In this document: one piece after another, positions 11,218 through 22,593 of the stretch
Layout of the letters: the number at the start of each line of letters is the position of its first letter
Numbering within the stretch: the first letter of the stretch is position 1
Origin: Sarea resinae
Lineage: Eukaryota
NCBI GenBank assembly: GCA_026026165.1
Contig: JAPEUD010000043.1
Span: 124,001 to 188,000 of the forward strand
Length of the DNA: 64,000 bases
Reading direction: 5' to 3'
Translations under genes and position numbers: made by a program
Notes under the pieces: model-generated
What the model was told of the DNA's origin: nothing
Seen by the model: the letters and a program-made list of their open reading frames with translations, nothing else
Database searches by the model: none

Positions 11218-14049
11218 TTAGATCATGATATAATCGCCATCCACCCCCTCCATAGCCCTCCGCCATCTGAACGCCTGCTGCCTTCCTGCCGATTCAATAC
11301 TGTGCCCGACGCCCCCGCCACGCACCGTCTCCATGCCCTCGCCATTCCCGTTCCCATTTCCATTCCCGCCAGGCTCACCCCGCCAGACCCTCTCCAAGAC
11401 CCCCAATCCCGCCCCATTGTTCCCAAAACCACTCTCAATCATGATGCCCATACATCTGCGCCTGACGATATCGCGATGGCTCTCCGCCACGCACTCTGTG
11501 CCGGTGAGAAACAGCGGCCAGAGGAGGAACTTATCCACAGGACTCGGAGTCTCGGGCGTCGTGGCAGCGATAGAAGTGATGTGATACAGAGCCTGAGCGA
11601 CGAGGTTTTGAAGATTGGGCCGGCTGGACGGAAGGGACGGGTAGGCGAGACGTTCGGTGTAGAGAAGGGCAGCATAGCGGAATGCTTCGGAGGCGTGGAG
11701 GAGGTCGCGTTGGTGACTGGGCGAGTAGCTGTGATGGTGGTGGTGGGAATGCTGGGAACGATGATGGTGGTGATTATGGGGAAGATGCGGCGAGGGCTGT
11801 GGCGTTGGAGGCGCCTCGAAGGTCCAGTCTTGTAGCGCTTGCCGAACGGCATGCCACTCTTCCCAGAAGCGGAAGCGACTGTCTTCTCCACTGGTGGCGT
11901 TGATATCATCGTCATCATCGAGCGGCGTATTCCAGCCGTTCCCGTCGAGACGACTGTAATTGGGACTATAGCAGCTGCGGGAGCGGGGACCTGCAAGGTT
12001 TTCCGATGCGTTCATGGTAGTGGGAGTAGAAGAATCGCGAGCATAAGAAAAGATGGGACGATTCTGGCTCAGGACATTGAGTCGACCAAGTTTGGCGATG
12101 GTGTTAAAGAGACGGCCATCGCAACCCGTGAGGTGAGCGACTCCTCCTTCAAGATCAAGGAAGCTGACCAGGTCAAGGTAGCCCTTGCGGAGTTCCGGTT
12201 CACGGTCATTGACGGCAGCGGTCATGACCTCTACCCACGTAAAGAAGAACTCGACCCAGCTTCGGAAGCCAGATCGCGGGCCGTCGTCGTCGCTCATATC
12301 TAAAAGCTTCCGAACACCGGCGAACTGAGTTTTGAATTGCGCAATGCCAGTCTCGCAGGTGTGGAACAAACAGAGGATGAGGATGGTCGCGAGGACAGAG
12401 TCGTCCATGGCTAAGGAAGGGTTGGCTAGCTGCTGGTTGAGTAACTGGATTGATGTAGCTTTAAGGTGAGACTCCTCTTGGGCGGAGTCGTCTGAAGCTG
12501 GCGGAGGAGCTTCGACGGCCGCAGCAGCCGCCAGCAACGAGGCCATCTCATCTCCGAGGATCCCAGAAGCGGGAGCATACAGCTTGGACGGCGAAGACAT
12601 GGCATTTTGGTAACGAGCTCCAGTGTTGATCGAAGGTGCGGCCGACATGTTTCCTTCCTCCTGTCGCAGTCTCATTCGGAGATTATTTGCAGCGAGCGCC
12701 CCAATCGCATTTTGAAGGGTCTTGCTCTGCATCGCCAAAGGCAAAACATACATACGATACGGATTTGTCAACCCATCGGAGGAGACCAGGACTGGACAGA
12801 TGGCCTTGTCGTAATAGTCAATGAGATACTGCATGCGAGGCGATCTGCTAGTAATCGACAACGAAGGAAGAAGCTGGGCTATTTGAGTTTCCGCGCTGGA
12901 GGAAGAAGTAGTCGAGGCTGTCGTCTCAGGAGGGTCTTCGTCAGTTAAAGTAGGCTTTGAGGAAGATTGCTTGACAGAGGAATCCCACCCGTAACCAAGT
13001 TGTTCAACATCGTGCGGACTTGGAGCACCCCCGGAAACCTCGTCTTCGAACACTTCACGAGAGAAGTTGTACGAACCTCTCGAATCGGCAGCAGCGAGAT
13101 GATTATGTGGAACATATCCGTAGCTGCTCTGGTCCGAAGCCGCACTCGAAGCCATGCTTCCGCGGGTGATGGGGCAAGACGTTGGCGTCCGACCATGGAA
13201 GACAAGACTATCATTGGGACTCGTCGCCATAGCGTGCGCGGCGTAATACTCATGGTACCCGGGCATGGGGATGTCCATTGGGGGAACGTCGTCAGGTGTG
13301 TGTGGATATTCCACGGGCGAAGGATAGTCGCTGTCACTATAGCCACCTATCGAAGTAGCGGACCCGGCAGAGGAAAGTTCCTCATAGGATCCAGCAATGG
13401 AGGTATGCAGACGTTGCAGTCCATGCCCATGCCAATCGTGGGCTTGCCTTGGGGCCATGACTGGACCGTACCGCGCGGACTGATCGGCCACACCATATGT
13501 TTGCCAATCTGGTGCTGAGTTCGACAGTTGAACAGCGTTAGGCGAAGATGTCGGGTCCATGTTGACAAAGTCATAATTCGTATAAGGTGCGACGGGTGAA
13601 TCCATCTTGATCGGTATGGGGCGAGCTGCCTGTGGCGATAGAGCATTGCCTCCCGACCTCGCATCGGCGGGCTTGGAGGAGCTCGTGGCCGGATTTCTGA
13701 TTTTCTGACTCGGAGCACTGGTTGATGAGGATGTCTTTTTCGGCGCAGCGATGGGCAATGCCATTCCCCGTAACTTTCCACGGCTTGCCACGCCAACGCC
13801 CCACGTCAATTGGGTCTTGTAACCACTGCAGCTCGCCTCGCCCTGGTCAAGGCATTGGGAACAATATGGCCTCCGTCGATCACACTTCCGTCGCTGTTTG
13901 CGGCACGTAAAGCAATCATCGGCAGCACCCGTCGTCGGAGCTCTTCTCCGTCGCTTTCGCGGTGGAGCAGCCGCAACGGCCGCGGCGACAGCAGCATCTC
14001 CCGAAGTCGTCGTTGCAAGGTCAGCCATCTTCGCTGGTGGCGACGGCAT
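11218..14049 (-). CDS. Zn(II)2Cys6 transcription factor with C-terminal fungal-specific TF domain (Acr-2-like type)
   Basis: 943-aa intronless ORF. CFTCRKQRRKCDRRRPYCSQCLDQGEASC binuclear cluster followed by SGYKTQLTWGVGVASRGKLRG. C-terminal YLIDYYDKAICPVLV, SEAFRYAALLY and LLWPLFLTGTEC motifs. Confidence 0.92.
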   Translation of the reverse strand: MPSPPAKMADLATTTSGDAAVAAAVAAAPPRKRRRRAPTTGAADDCFTCRKQRRKCDRRRPYCSQCLDQGEASCSGYKTQLTWGVGVASRGKLRGMALPIAAPKKTSSSTSAPSQKIRNPATSSSKPADARSGGNALSPQAARPIPIKMDSPVAPYTNYDFVNMDPTSSPNAVQLSNSAPDWQTYGVADQSARYGPVMAPRQAHDWHGHGLQRLHTSIAGSYEELSSAGSATSIGGYSDSDYPSPVEYPHTPDDVPPMDIPMPGYHEYYAAHAMATSPNDSLVFHGRTPTSCPITRGSMASSAASDQSSYGYVPHNHLAAADSRGSYNFSREVFEDEVSGGAPSPHDVEQLGYGWDSSVKQSSSKPTLTDEDPPETTASTTSSSSAETQIAQLLPSLSITSRSPRMQYLIDYYDKAICPVLVSSDGLTNPYRMYVLPLAMQSKTLQNAIGALAANNLRMRLRQEEGNMSAAPSINTGARYQNAMSSPSKLYAPASGILGDEMASLLAAAAAVEAPPPASDDSAQEESHLKATSIQLLNQQLANPSLAMDDSVLATILILCLFHTCETGIAQFKTQFAGVRKLLDMSDDDGPRSGFRSWVEFFFTWVEVMTAAVNDREPELRKGYLDLVSFLDLEGGVAHLTGCDGRLFNTIAKLGRLNVLSQNRPIFSYARDSSTPTTMNASENLAGPRSRSCYSPNYSRLDGNGWNTPLDDDDDINATSGEDSRFRFWEEWHAVRQALQDWTFEAPPTPQPSPHLPHNHHHHRSQHSHHHHHSYSPSHQRDLLHASEAFRYAALLYTERLAYPSLPSSRPNLQNLVAQALYHITSIAATTPETPSPVDKFLLWPLFLTGTECVAESHRDIVRRRCMGIMIESGFGNNGAGLGVLERVWRGEPGGNGNGNGNGEGMETVRGGGVGHSIESAGRQQAFRWRRAMEGVDGDYIMI

Positions 14050-14064
14050 TGTGTCTTGTAGCTA

Positions 14065-14082
14065 TCAAGACGGCAGATGCAT
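14065..14082 (-). promoter_or_regulatory. Candidate uORF MHLPS* upstream of the Zn2Cys6 gene
   Basis: ATG CAT CTG CCG TCT TGA at 14082-14065, ending 15 nt before the main ATG at 14049. Confidence 0.55.
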
Positions 14083-14145
14083 GCGCAGGGTAAAAAAACA
14101 GGTCAAGTTGCGGCGCAGGGAAACAGTGGCTATTGGGGCAGCTTT

Positions 14146-14419
14146 CTAGAAGGGATGAGAGAATCGAAGATGGAACAGCAGCTGGTTAGAAATAAGCTTG
14201 GAGAGGTCTGGGCCAGAGACAGTAGATAAGATCAACAGTAGCACCTGCATAGAATCTGCCTGGAAGCTTTTTCGATGATGCGAACCTGGGAGAGAAGGAG
14301 GCAGGGGATCCCATGATCGACATGGAGGCTGCACTTGGCGGACTGAGCACCCTGGAGCCATTTGACTGGAGGGAGGGACCCTAGAACCCTAGGACCCTAG
14401 ATTAGGAAGATAGTCTCAC
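14146..14419 (-). other. Putative 5'-UTR intron of the Zn2Cys6 gene
   Basis: AAG|GTGAGA donor at 14419; TCTAAC branch point; pyrimidine tract; TTCTAG acceptor at 14146. Confidence 0.5.
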
Positions 14420-14530
14420 CTTAGCAGGCACGGTAATGGTTGGACCCGAAGATAGCTCGAGAGAAAGCGCAGAGACCTTGCAACTTGCCGCCAAACTATT
14501 TGGGGGGTTAGGGTACGGGTTGGGACTGGG

Positions 14531-14533
<3 letters not shown>

Positions 14534-14570
<37 letters not shown>
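14534..14570. repeat. Poly-G homopolymer (about 37 nt)
   Basis: Read directly. Confidence 0.9.
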
Positions 14571-14571
<1 letters not shown>

Positions 14572-17500
14572 TGGTGGTGGATAGAGGAAGTGGAGAAGAG
14601 GTTGGTCAGGGTGGGATGGAGATGGGGGAGGAAGAAGGAAGAGACGAAGAGACGAAGAGACGAAGAGACGGCGACAGCAGGGGCGATGGATGGGAGGTGC
14701 TAGAGCGACTTCGTAGTAGAGCTAGAGCCAGAGCCAGGGCCAGGGCCAGGGCCGTGGCCCCGGCCAATAATGCCAGTGCCAATGCCAGTGCCAGCGGGTG
14801 GCAGAGTCGACAGTAGGTAGCTATCGAATCTCCTCTCCTCTCCTCTCCTCTGCCCTCCCCTCCTCCTCTCCTCTGTTCTTGCCTACCGACCTATTCGGCG
14901 ACTAGACTGTACCGGGCCATAGTTCGTGATAAAGGTACGGTCACAGGTTACATTCTTGCGCGGCGGACCTAAGAGATAGGGCCAGTACCAACCAGCCGAG
15001 ACCGATTCGATGTACGATGTAATACCGTATCTCAGCTGGACGCTCTAACGATTGGGATGCATGAGTTGCATCTGGGATGGGGATGCCTTAGAGTGGCCCT
15101 TCCATTTCGCTTTCGAGCTCTAGCTCTCGACCGCATCGACGACTCCGTATGTACTCGATCCCTCATGCTCGACCGTTTTGCTTTCCCTCTCGCCGTTCTT
15201 TGCGGCGGCTTCGCCCTCGCGGTCCGGCGGGCATGCCAGCCCATCTTACGACCATCTAGAATAGGCTGTCGTCCCGGCCTTCTTCAGCTGGGTGCATGGT
15301 CCGTGGGCTCGTATCCAATCACCACGGGGGTGATAACGCTTAGCAACGGACACTGCAGACATCGTACATACGGACGACCACAACGGTCGCACACCGCCAG
15401 CGGGGAGGCAAGGGGGAGGAGGGGTGGACAACGATGATGGCGGCAGCGGTAGTGAGAAGTACCTGAGATGACCGACGACCTCTGTAGAGTAGTGGATAGC
15501 ATTACTAGGAGGGAGGTCGTTGAGTGGTGGTGATAGTATGTCGTAGTCGCCGTGGTAAGGGTGGTGGTCTTTGGGCCTGGCCGACGTGGTGGCTTGATTG
15601 ACTCTCGGAGTTTGCCTCCTCAGATTTCGGGAATGAGAGGGGGGGCAGGGGAGAGGAAGGAACTGGATTGAATGGGAGGGATGACGGATGGACGTTGCGC
15701 GCTACGCAGAGGTATCAAAGGTATCAGAGGTATCAACCAAAGGCATCCGTGCTTGCATCTGAATCGAACTACTCTCGAAGAAGGGCGTGCACTGTGTGAG
15801 TTGGCGTGCCATGGAAGAACGATGCGATTCCCGATGACACTGTACGCATAGTAGGCAGGCAGGCAGGCACTCAGGGCTGCTGATGAGCATCCGCGGCAGA
15901 AACGGTCACGGCCAAGGTACCGAGACGTCGTATGTTCTACGAATAGCAATCTCAATCATAACCTCCATCGACCGCTTCCAAGGAGAACCGCAGAGGAGAC
16001 TGGGGACGAGGGATCGGGCACTGGGGACTGCGGACTGGGGACTGCGGGCTGGGGAAATCATGCGCTCGTTCTACCACGTCTAAGATCATGGATTGCTCCA
16101 CTCGCATTGGATTGATCCATCGTTACTGCCACCACCACCACCGACGGCCCCTGCATCTCGCCTTGACTGCTACCTGGTCTTGATCGCAGTCTAAGTGAGC
16201 CTGTGGCTCTCCCGCCGCAGGCGAATCGTCGAACTTCGTACGAGTACCCGTGATGGGAGGCCTCCTATGGGCTGAGCTGCCTCTGTGTCGCGGGCGGCGA
16301 AGATGCATCATCCATGCTTCTGTCCATGGTTGCTGGTCGGAGCCGACCGATAACACATTGGATCGCAGCGATGATGCTCGTATACCTACATGACTGATGA
16401 CAAGGTACGAAGTAGGTGGTATGTAGTACTAAGGTAGGTAGGTAGGTAGGTAGGTATGAAGTATGTAGGTATTGACGGACCAGACAACGAGACACGTCCA
16501 CTGCACCTCCGCCCGTCACGATCCCACTGCTTCGGGATCAATCCATGGATGGATGAAATGTTACCTCTTTCAATACCGTGGGTACCGTACGGAGTAAAGT
16601 AAGGTACCTTGCCTTACTCTTCATATGATGCTGACCAACTCACCTATCCACCTCGGTACCTCATCCCTCATCTCTCATCCCATCCCTCACCCACCTACTG
16701 CAGTACAGCCGACGGTCATGGTCGGCAGAGGTGCTCCGGCTGTACTTCAGTAGGTAGTTTCTTACTCGGGAGTCTCGTCCGTAAGACTTCCAATTCATGT
16801 TCCAGGTCATACGTCGTAGATGCCTTGCCTTAGTGTTCGAGGACAGGTAGCACTCCAGTATTGGTAGCGTCGAATGGAGATGAGATATCGCCATACGTGC
16901 TTGGACATGCCGGACACTTACTCCCTAACCTGCTGGACATGCCTGCCTTGCTGCGCAGTGAGAGCTTCGCTATCCGACAGGGGCCCCGGTCCGGCGACGA
17001 GGGGGGAGGGGGCCAGCGAAGGAGGACGACGCAGGTTCAGGGGTCTCAGGTGGCTCAGTCGTCGGCTGCATCGAACGTACGAAGGTAGTGGCAGCATTGG
17101 AAGCTTGCATCGAAGATTGCATCGAAGAATTCTGGGACTTCTTAGTCTCTTCTCTGCGGCTTCTGTTCGCCTTCGCTTCTGCAAGGGCTGAAATCCTAAT
17201 CTTCCGTCCACGCAGCGCAGAGACGCCCCGCCCGCCCCGGCGGCCTGCTGTACCGCCCACACCCACGACGCATTCGATTGCCCGTCGCATTCCTTGCCTT
17301 GCCTGACTCTAGAATGCGTCTAGAAGGAATCATCCTTCTGCAATGCTGTCGCCTGGCCGGCTTGGCGTTTTCCTTTTTCGAACCCACTCTCCTACGAGCA
17401 ATGCTTTTCGGTCCTCATCCTGCGGTCCACATACATCATTCGACGTCCGGACCGCAGCCTCCGTCATCCTCCGTCCCGAGGGGAGAAGAGACAAAAGAGA

Positions 17501-19288
17501 GACCGAGGCAGCGCTAACGCCTTGCCATCCCACGCTTGCTCGTGTCGTCTTGCTGCTTCCCAGAGGATTCCCTCCGAGATAGCCCATCGTGGTACCATGA
17601 CCTATGAATCGATGATCCACTCTGAGGAAAGATCCGGATCGAGCAATACGGTAAGGTCGGCAAAGTGGTCTGGTAGAACCGGTTCGCTTTGCCTTCGATG
17701 CGCTTATTTAGGGTGCCTTGCTGTCAGGTCGGCCTAGCGATTATGATTGGTGTTTGCGGGGAAGGGAGCAGCGGACGGGTATGCATCGAAGGCGCTTCGA
17801 GACGGTCGCCAAATCGGGCTTCTTTGGGATAGATAGCCGTGTGATCTCTCGGACGATATGGCAAGAAAAGGGATAAGTTGATGATCAGGACATCTCGATC
17901 GACTACGGGGGCAGGGGAGGACAGGGCAGGGCAGGGCAGGGTAGGGTAGGGGAAGGTAGGGGAGGAGGGCAACAGTGCGCAGGCAGGGAATATTATTGCA
18001 CCTATGGACATGCCATCGAGTAACTTAAAGTAACTTCGTACATCACGGGGGGGGTGGTAACCTTGGCCACGGTACGGTGGAGGATGGAAGGATGGAAGGA
18101 TGGAAGGAAAGAAGGCCTGGAGGATGGATGGATAAGCCGTTGGTCAGGGTCGGCGGTCGGACCACACTGACAGGAGACTTCGCCTTGTCAGTGGTCACGG
18201 CGGTCACCGTGGTCACAGCGGCCACCGTCTGGCAGGGCCAGCACCCTAAATGGCCGTCCCCTAGAGACCATTGAGGAGTAGTCTGGATCCTTAGCCTAGG
18301 GAGACATGCATGGCTGACGGCTGCTCCCTTTGCACTTTCGCGAACACTGGCTCATTTTGGATGTTTTGGATGATGCCGGGCCCAGGCTCTGATATCTTCG
18401 TATTCCGTAACGAGGGCACGAAGTACGAAGGACGAATTACGAAGTACCTCGGGCGGCGCACGACAACGACGACGACCATGACAACGACCGATCGTCATCA
18501 TCAACACCAACGACCACGACCGCAACGACGATACCAACACCAGGAAATGACGCTCGGCTGAAGGGATGCCAACTATCTCCTCGACTGCAGAACAATACGA
18601 GGGCGATGACGGTAGTGGTCTGTTGCATCTGCAGTGTCCGAGTAAGTCGGTGGGGTGTGTTCGGTAAAGCGCAAAGTGAGCAAGTAAAGTACCTACAGCG
18701 TACTGCGTACGGTAGGTAAGGTGCCGGGATTCTACCCCAGTGGGCTGCTGGACTACTACATACATAGTACTCTACTGTGAGTAGAGTACAGCCAGCTGCA
18801 CCTTCACCCCTGATGGTTCACGACCGAGTCTATCCTATCCATGACTAGCCAAAGCTTATCAGCCGCCGCGCGAGACCAAGGAGACGGACAATTGGACGAA
18901 GAAGAGGAAGCATTACTCTAGCAGCAGCAGCAGCAGCAGCAGCCGTAGGAGAAAGCGTTGTGGCTTGAACGGAATGCATCGTCCTAGAGCATGTACGGAG
19001 TAGAGTCAGCGAGGTAAAGACAGCGGCCGAGTGTGGGGGCCGATCAGGGGACCTTCCTCGCCAGTCGAGACGCTTCACCAATCAATCCTGCGAAATTGGC
19101 GGGATGAGGTCGTCGGCGGCTAAGCCCAACGGCCAATAACGACGCCTCTCCCGCACGACTCTCCAAGCCTTTCTAACGAGATCAATTGCGGTTGCGTAAT
19201 ATAAAGAGGTCAAGCCGGTGCTACGGTGGGTGACGGTCGGTGTTCTGGCATGTGAGCGTGTCTGGAAGGGAATGGGTACGCATGAGAT

Positions 19289-19350
19289 GATGCTCACGAT
19301 GCTCACGATGCTCACGATGCTCACGATGCTCATGATGCTCATGATGCTCC
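19289..19350. repeat. (GATGCTCAY)n 9-bp tandem repeat, about 7 copies
   Basis: gatgctcac x4, gatgctcat x2, then a partial copy. Confidence 0.9.
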
Positions 19351-20849
19351 TCTCCTCCCCTCCACTCCAGATTCTCCAGGTTCTTCTTTAGTCCGAGCCC
19401 CGAATCGTGTCCCACTCGGCCCGCTGCTGGCTACCATCCATCTCCATACCTTACCCACATCGATACGACGTACTCTACCTTCATGTACGATACTCTACAC
19501 CTACTCCAGCACTAGGTCAGTAGTGCTGCTGAGGCTCTCGCTCCTGCAGCCAACCAAGCCGACCAACTAACTCCCCAATCCATCACGCCGGCCGAGAACA
19601 AGAAACCAGAGTTGATCCTCCAATCTCAAATAAGCTTGCCTTGGCTGGTCTTGGCTGGCCACGGCTTGTGTGCTCCGAGCTCCTCCCACTCTATTTGCGG
19701 TACGTGCGGAGCATTAGACTCCACCAACTGCCATCCTCCTCCTCCTCGTCTGCATCCATGGTCTCGCACGGGCTCAGGGCTCAGGCACAGGCACAGGCAC
19801 AGGCACGGGCACAGGGACGACTTCCCATTCGGGTTAATGATTCTCAGCTTCGTCCGTCATATCATCCAGACTTGTCAAGACGAAGACGAAGACGAGATCT
19901 CGTCATTCCAGTCGTGCCGGCCGGAGACATCTCCAAAGCCATCACGAACCCCCTCTATCCGAGGCGGTGGTAGCCTAGGCAAGCTCAACACTTTTCTTAT
20001 CGAAGATTGGCATGCCGCCGTCGCCCTCCCAAGACCCACATCGCCAATCCTACCGTCGGGCTTCCGAGAGCAGTCTACTGCGCATGCCAGTCTACTTGCT
20101 CAGCAGAGCATAGCACTTCGTTTGTTTTACGCAGCCACAGAACAAGCTTCGCTTTAGCTACAGTCGTTTTGGTCTCCGTCGATAGCCTCTCCTCTTCCTT
20201 ACTGTCTATCTAGCCGGCTCCTTCATCAGCCCCAGGGTCTGGAAATGGCCGTCCCTACCAGCCTGCCGATGTGAGTCCGGCCAAAAAAAAAAGCAACCGG
20301 CCAACTTTATTTCCCGAGGTCCACAAGGGAACGCATCCCTACCTGTCCCGAATGGACGAGCTGCCAATCCAGCCTCAGCCGCAGCATCTTGTGCCTGTTC
20401 GGCGTGTTTTTTGAAGATTCTTCGTGAAGTCGTGATCCCCCCCCCCCTCTCAGATGTAGTTGTCATTGTTCAAAGTCGGATGTGACCTTGCTTCCTCAAC
20501 AGCCATAACGAGCTACCTTGGGTCTTCACCGATTTCTTCTCATCAATCTCGGACTGACTCTCTGTCAACAGCTTTACTCAGCAACACGGCAACTTCCACT
20601 CTTCTCGTTCAATTCATGGGGTGCCATGGCATGCCATGCCATAAGATAGTACATATATATATATATATAATATAATTCTATACACCATGTCGCATAGATA
20701 GATAGATACCTAGTCTTGTCGTAGCCAACCCCCCAAAGAACCATATATACACAGACATGTACAGACATCAGCAAATCTCCTTGACCGATCAATCAGACGG
20801 CGGGAGAGATATAGATCGTGAGACCGACATGCCAATGCATAAGCGTAAG

Positions 20850-21065
20850 AAAGAAGAGATGAGATGAGATGAGATGAAATGAGAAAAGAGTAAGAAAGAA
20901 GAGAGAAGAGAAGAGAAGAGAAGAGAAGAGAGAAAGAGAGAGAAAGAGAGAAAGAGAAAGAAAGAAAGAGGAAATCTATACCAGAACCCCCAAGGCCCCC
21001 TAATCCAAGGCCCCAACCCACCAAAGAAAACAAAAGCAGACAGACAGACAGACAGACAGACAGGA
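20850..21065. repeat. Purine-rich compound microsatellite: (GAGAT)n, (AAGAG)n, (CAGA)n
   Basis: Read directly. Confidence 0.85.
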
Positions 21066-21438
21066 AAAGAGAACTGGAGGGATGGGATAGGTAAATAGGT
21101 AAGGCGCGCCCTGATCTGGAGATCTAATTCCCTTGGAGCCTGCCCCTGGGGTTTAGAAAAAAAAAAGAATGAAGAGGATGGATGGATGGATGGGTGGATG
21201 GATGAGTGCTGGTGCCTTTTTCTTTCCCTGCTCTGTTGTGGTGTGGTGTGGTGTTGTCTGCTTGTAGGGGATATAGGGGGTGTAGGGGGTGGAGACCGAG
21301 AAGGAGAGGAAGAAACGGGACAAAGAAAGAGAGGAAGAGAGGAAGAGAGACAAAACCCTCAATGGGCGCCGCCGGCCCAGCCCAGCCTAACTAGAGCACG
21401 CACGCACGCATGCAAACCCGACCTTTAAAAAAAAACCC

Positions 21439-21885
21439 CTAAAACCCACACCCGGCCCCACTGCTCCCACTCCCATTCCCATCCCAGCCGAGCAGGCGAT
21501 TGGCAACATCACTGACATACTTGGGCGTGCTGCCCAGCCCATCACTAAGGTTGCTCAGATCAATACTGCCCGAATTGTAGCCGCGCGCGACATTATACGG
21601 GTTCCCGGCCGTGTTGCCGTTGACGGTGCTGTCGGAGTTGAACCAGTTGACGAGGCCGGGACCGCCCGATGTGCCTTGGGTGCCGTCGATGATCATCTGT
21701 TGGATCGAGGAGGCGGCGTTGGAGGCGTCGAAGGAGACGGAGCCGGCCGAGGCTTGCATGATGCCGCAGTTCTCGACGCCGTTGTTTGTGCATGCGACGT
21801 TGACGTTGCCGGTGGACTGGAAGGAAGGGGAGGGGGAATTAGTCTTTGTGTGAGTCTTTTGTGCGGGGGGCGGATGCAGAGACGG

Positions 21886-21921
<36 letters not shown>

Positions 21922-22593
21922 GGGGGGGGGGGGGGTGGGGGGGGGGGGGGGGAGGATGGAGAAGAGATGGAGAGGGGGTTTTAGAGAGGTAGGACGGGAA
22001 ACCGACGCAGGCGCGCGAGAGAAGGAAAAAAAAGGGGGACGGGGGAATGTCGAGGGTCAAGAAAAGAGAAACCAAAAGAAAAACACACCTCCTGCATGAT
22101 GACGGCCAAGATCAAGCGCGCATCGACCTGGGCCGACGCAGACACGCTATTGATCGAGTTGAGCATGTCGTCGTAGTCGGTGCTGTCCTCCTCGACCGAG
22201 AGCGAGTTCTGCACGTTCAGGTTCCACATGGCCGTGAAGTCCATCCACTGGTCAAAGGCCGGGAAGTTCGAGGCCGCGCCCGAGTAGCACGTGTATGCCG
22301 TCGGCGAGCTGTAGCCTGCCACGCCCGTGTTCGGGTTGCTGGCGAACCAGGCCAGAGCGTTGCTGTTGGTCACGACGCTGCCGGCGCCGTTGCGCGCCTG
22401 GAGTGGTGAGGAGGAGGACGATTGGAGGGGTTGTGGGAGCGGCGCCGCGGCTGCCAGAGCCGCGAGCGAGAGTGTGCTAAGGAACTGTGGTGGTGCGGTT
22501 GGTGTTAGGATCTTGAGGATAGCTTGATAGCCCTTTTTGGTCCTTTTTGGGCTAGACGTTGGGGTTTGGAAGACGTACTGTTTGGGTCAACAT
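21439..22593 (-). CDS. Secreted lysozyme-like/lytic transglycosylase (SLT/GH23-like) protein, about 262 aa
   Basis: Three exons: 22579-22593 (MLTQT), 22089-22484, 21439-21816. Signal peptide MLTQTFLSTLSLAALAAAAP. Motifs: VDARLILAVIMQE|STGNV (catalytic-Glu helix), GIMQ, ARGYNSGS, YVSDVANRLLGW. Confidence 0.85.
21887..21952. repeat. Near-pure G tract (about 66 nt) inside intron 2 of the lysozyme-like gene
   Basis: G run with single A and T interruptions. Confidence 0.9.

Noticed and set aside
11161..11835. 224-aa plus-strand ORF
   Set aside because: Antisense shadow of the GC-rich Zn2Cys6 coding sequence; no motifs.
19289..19350. Regular repeats as a possible CRISPR array
   Set aside because: Contiguous 9-bp units with no spacers, in a eukaryotic genome: a simple tandem repeat.
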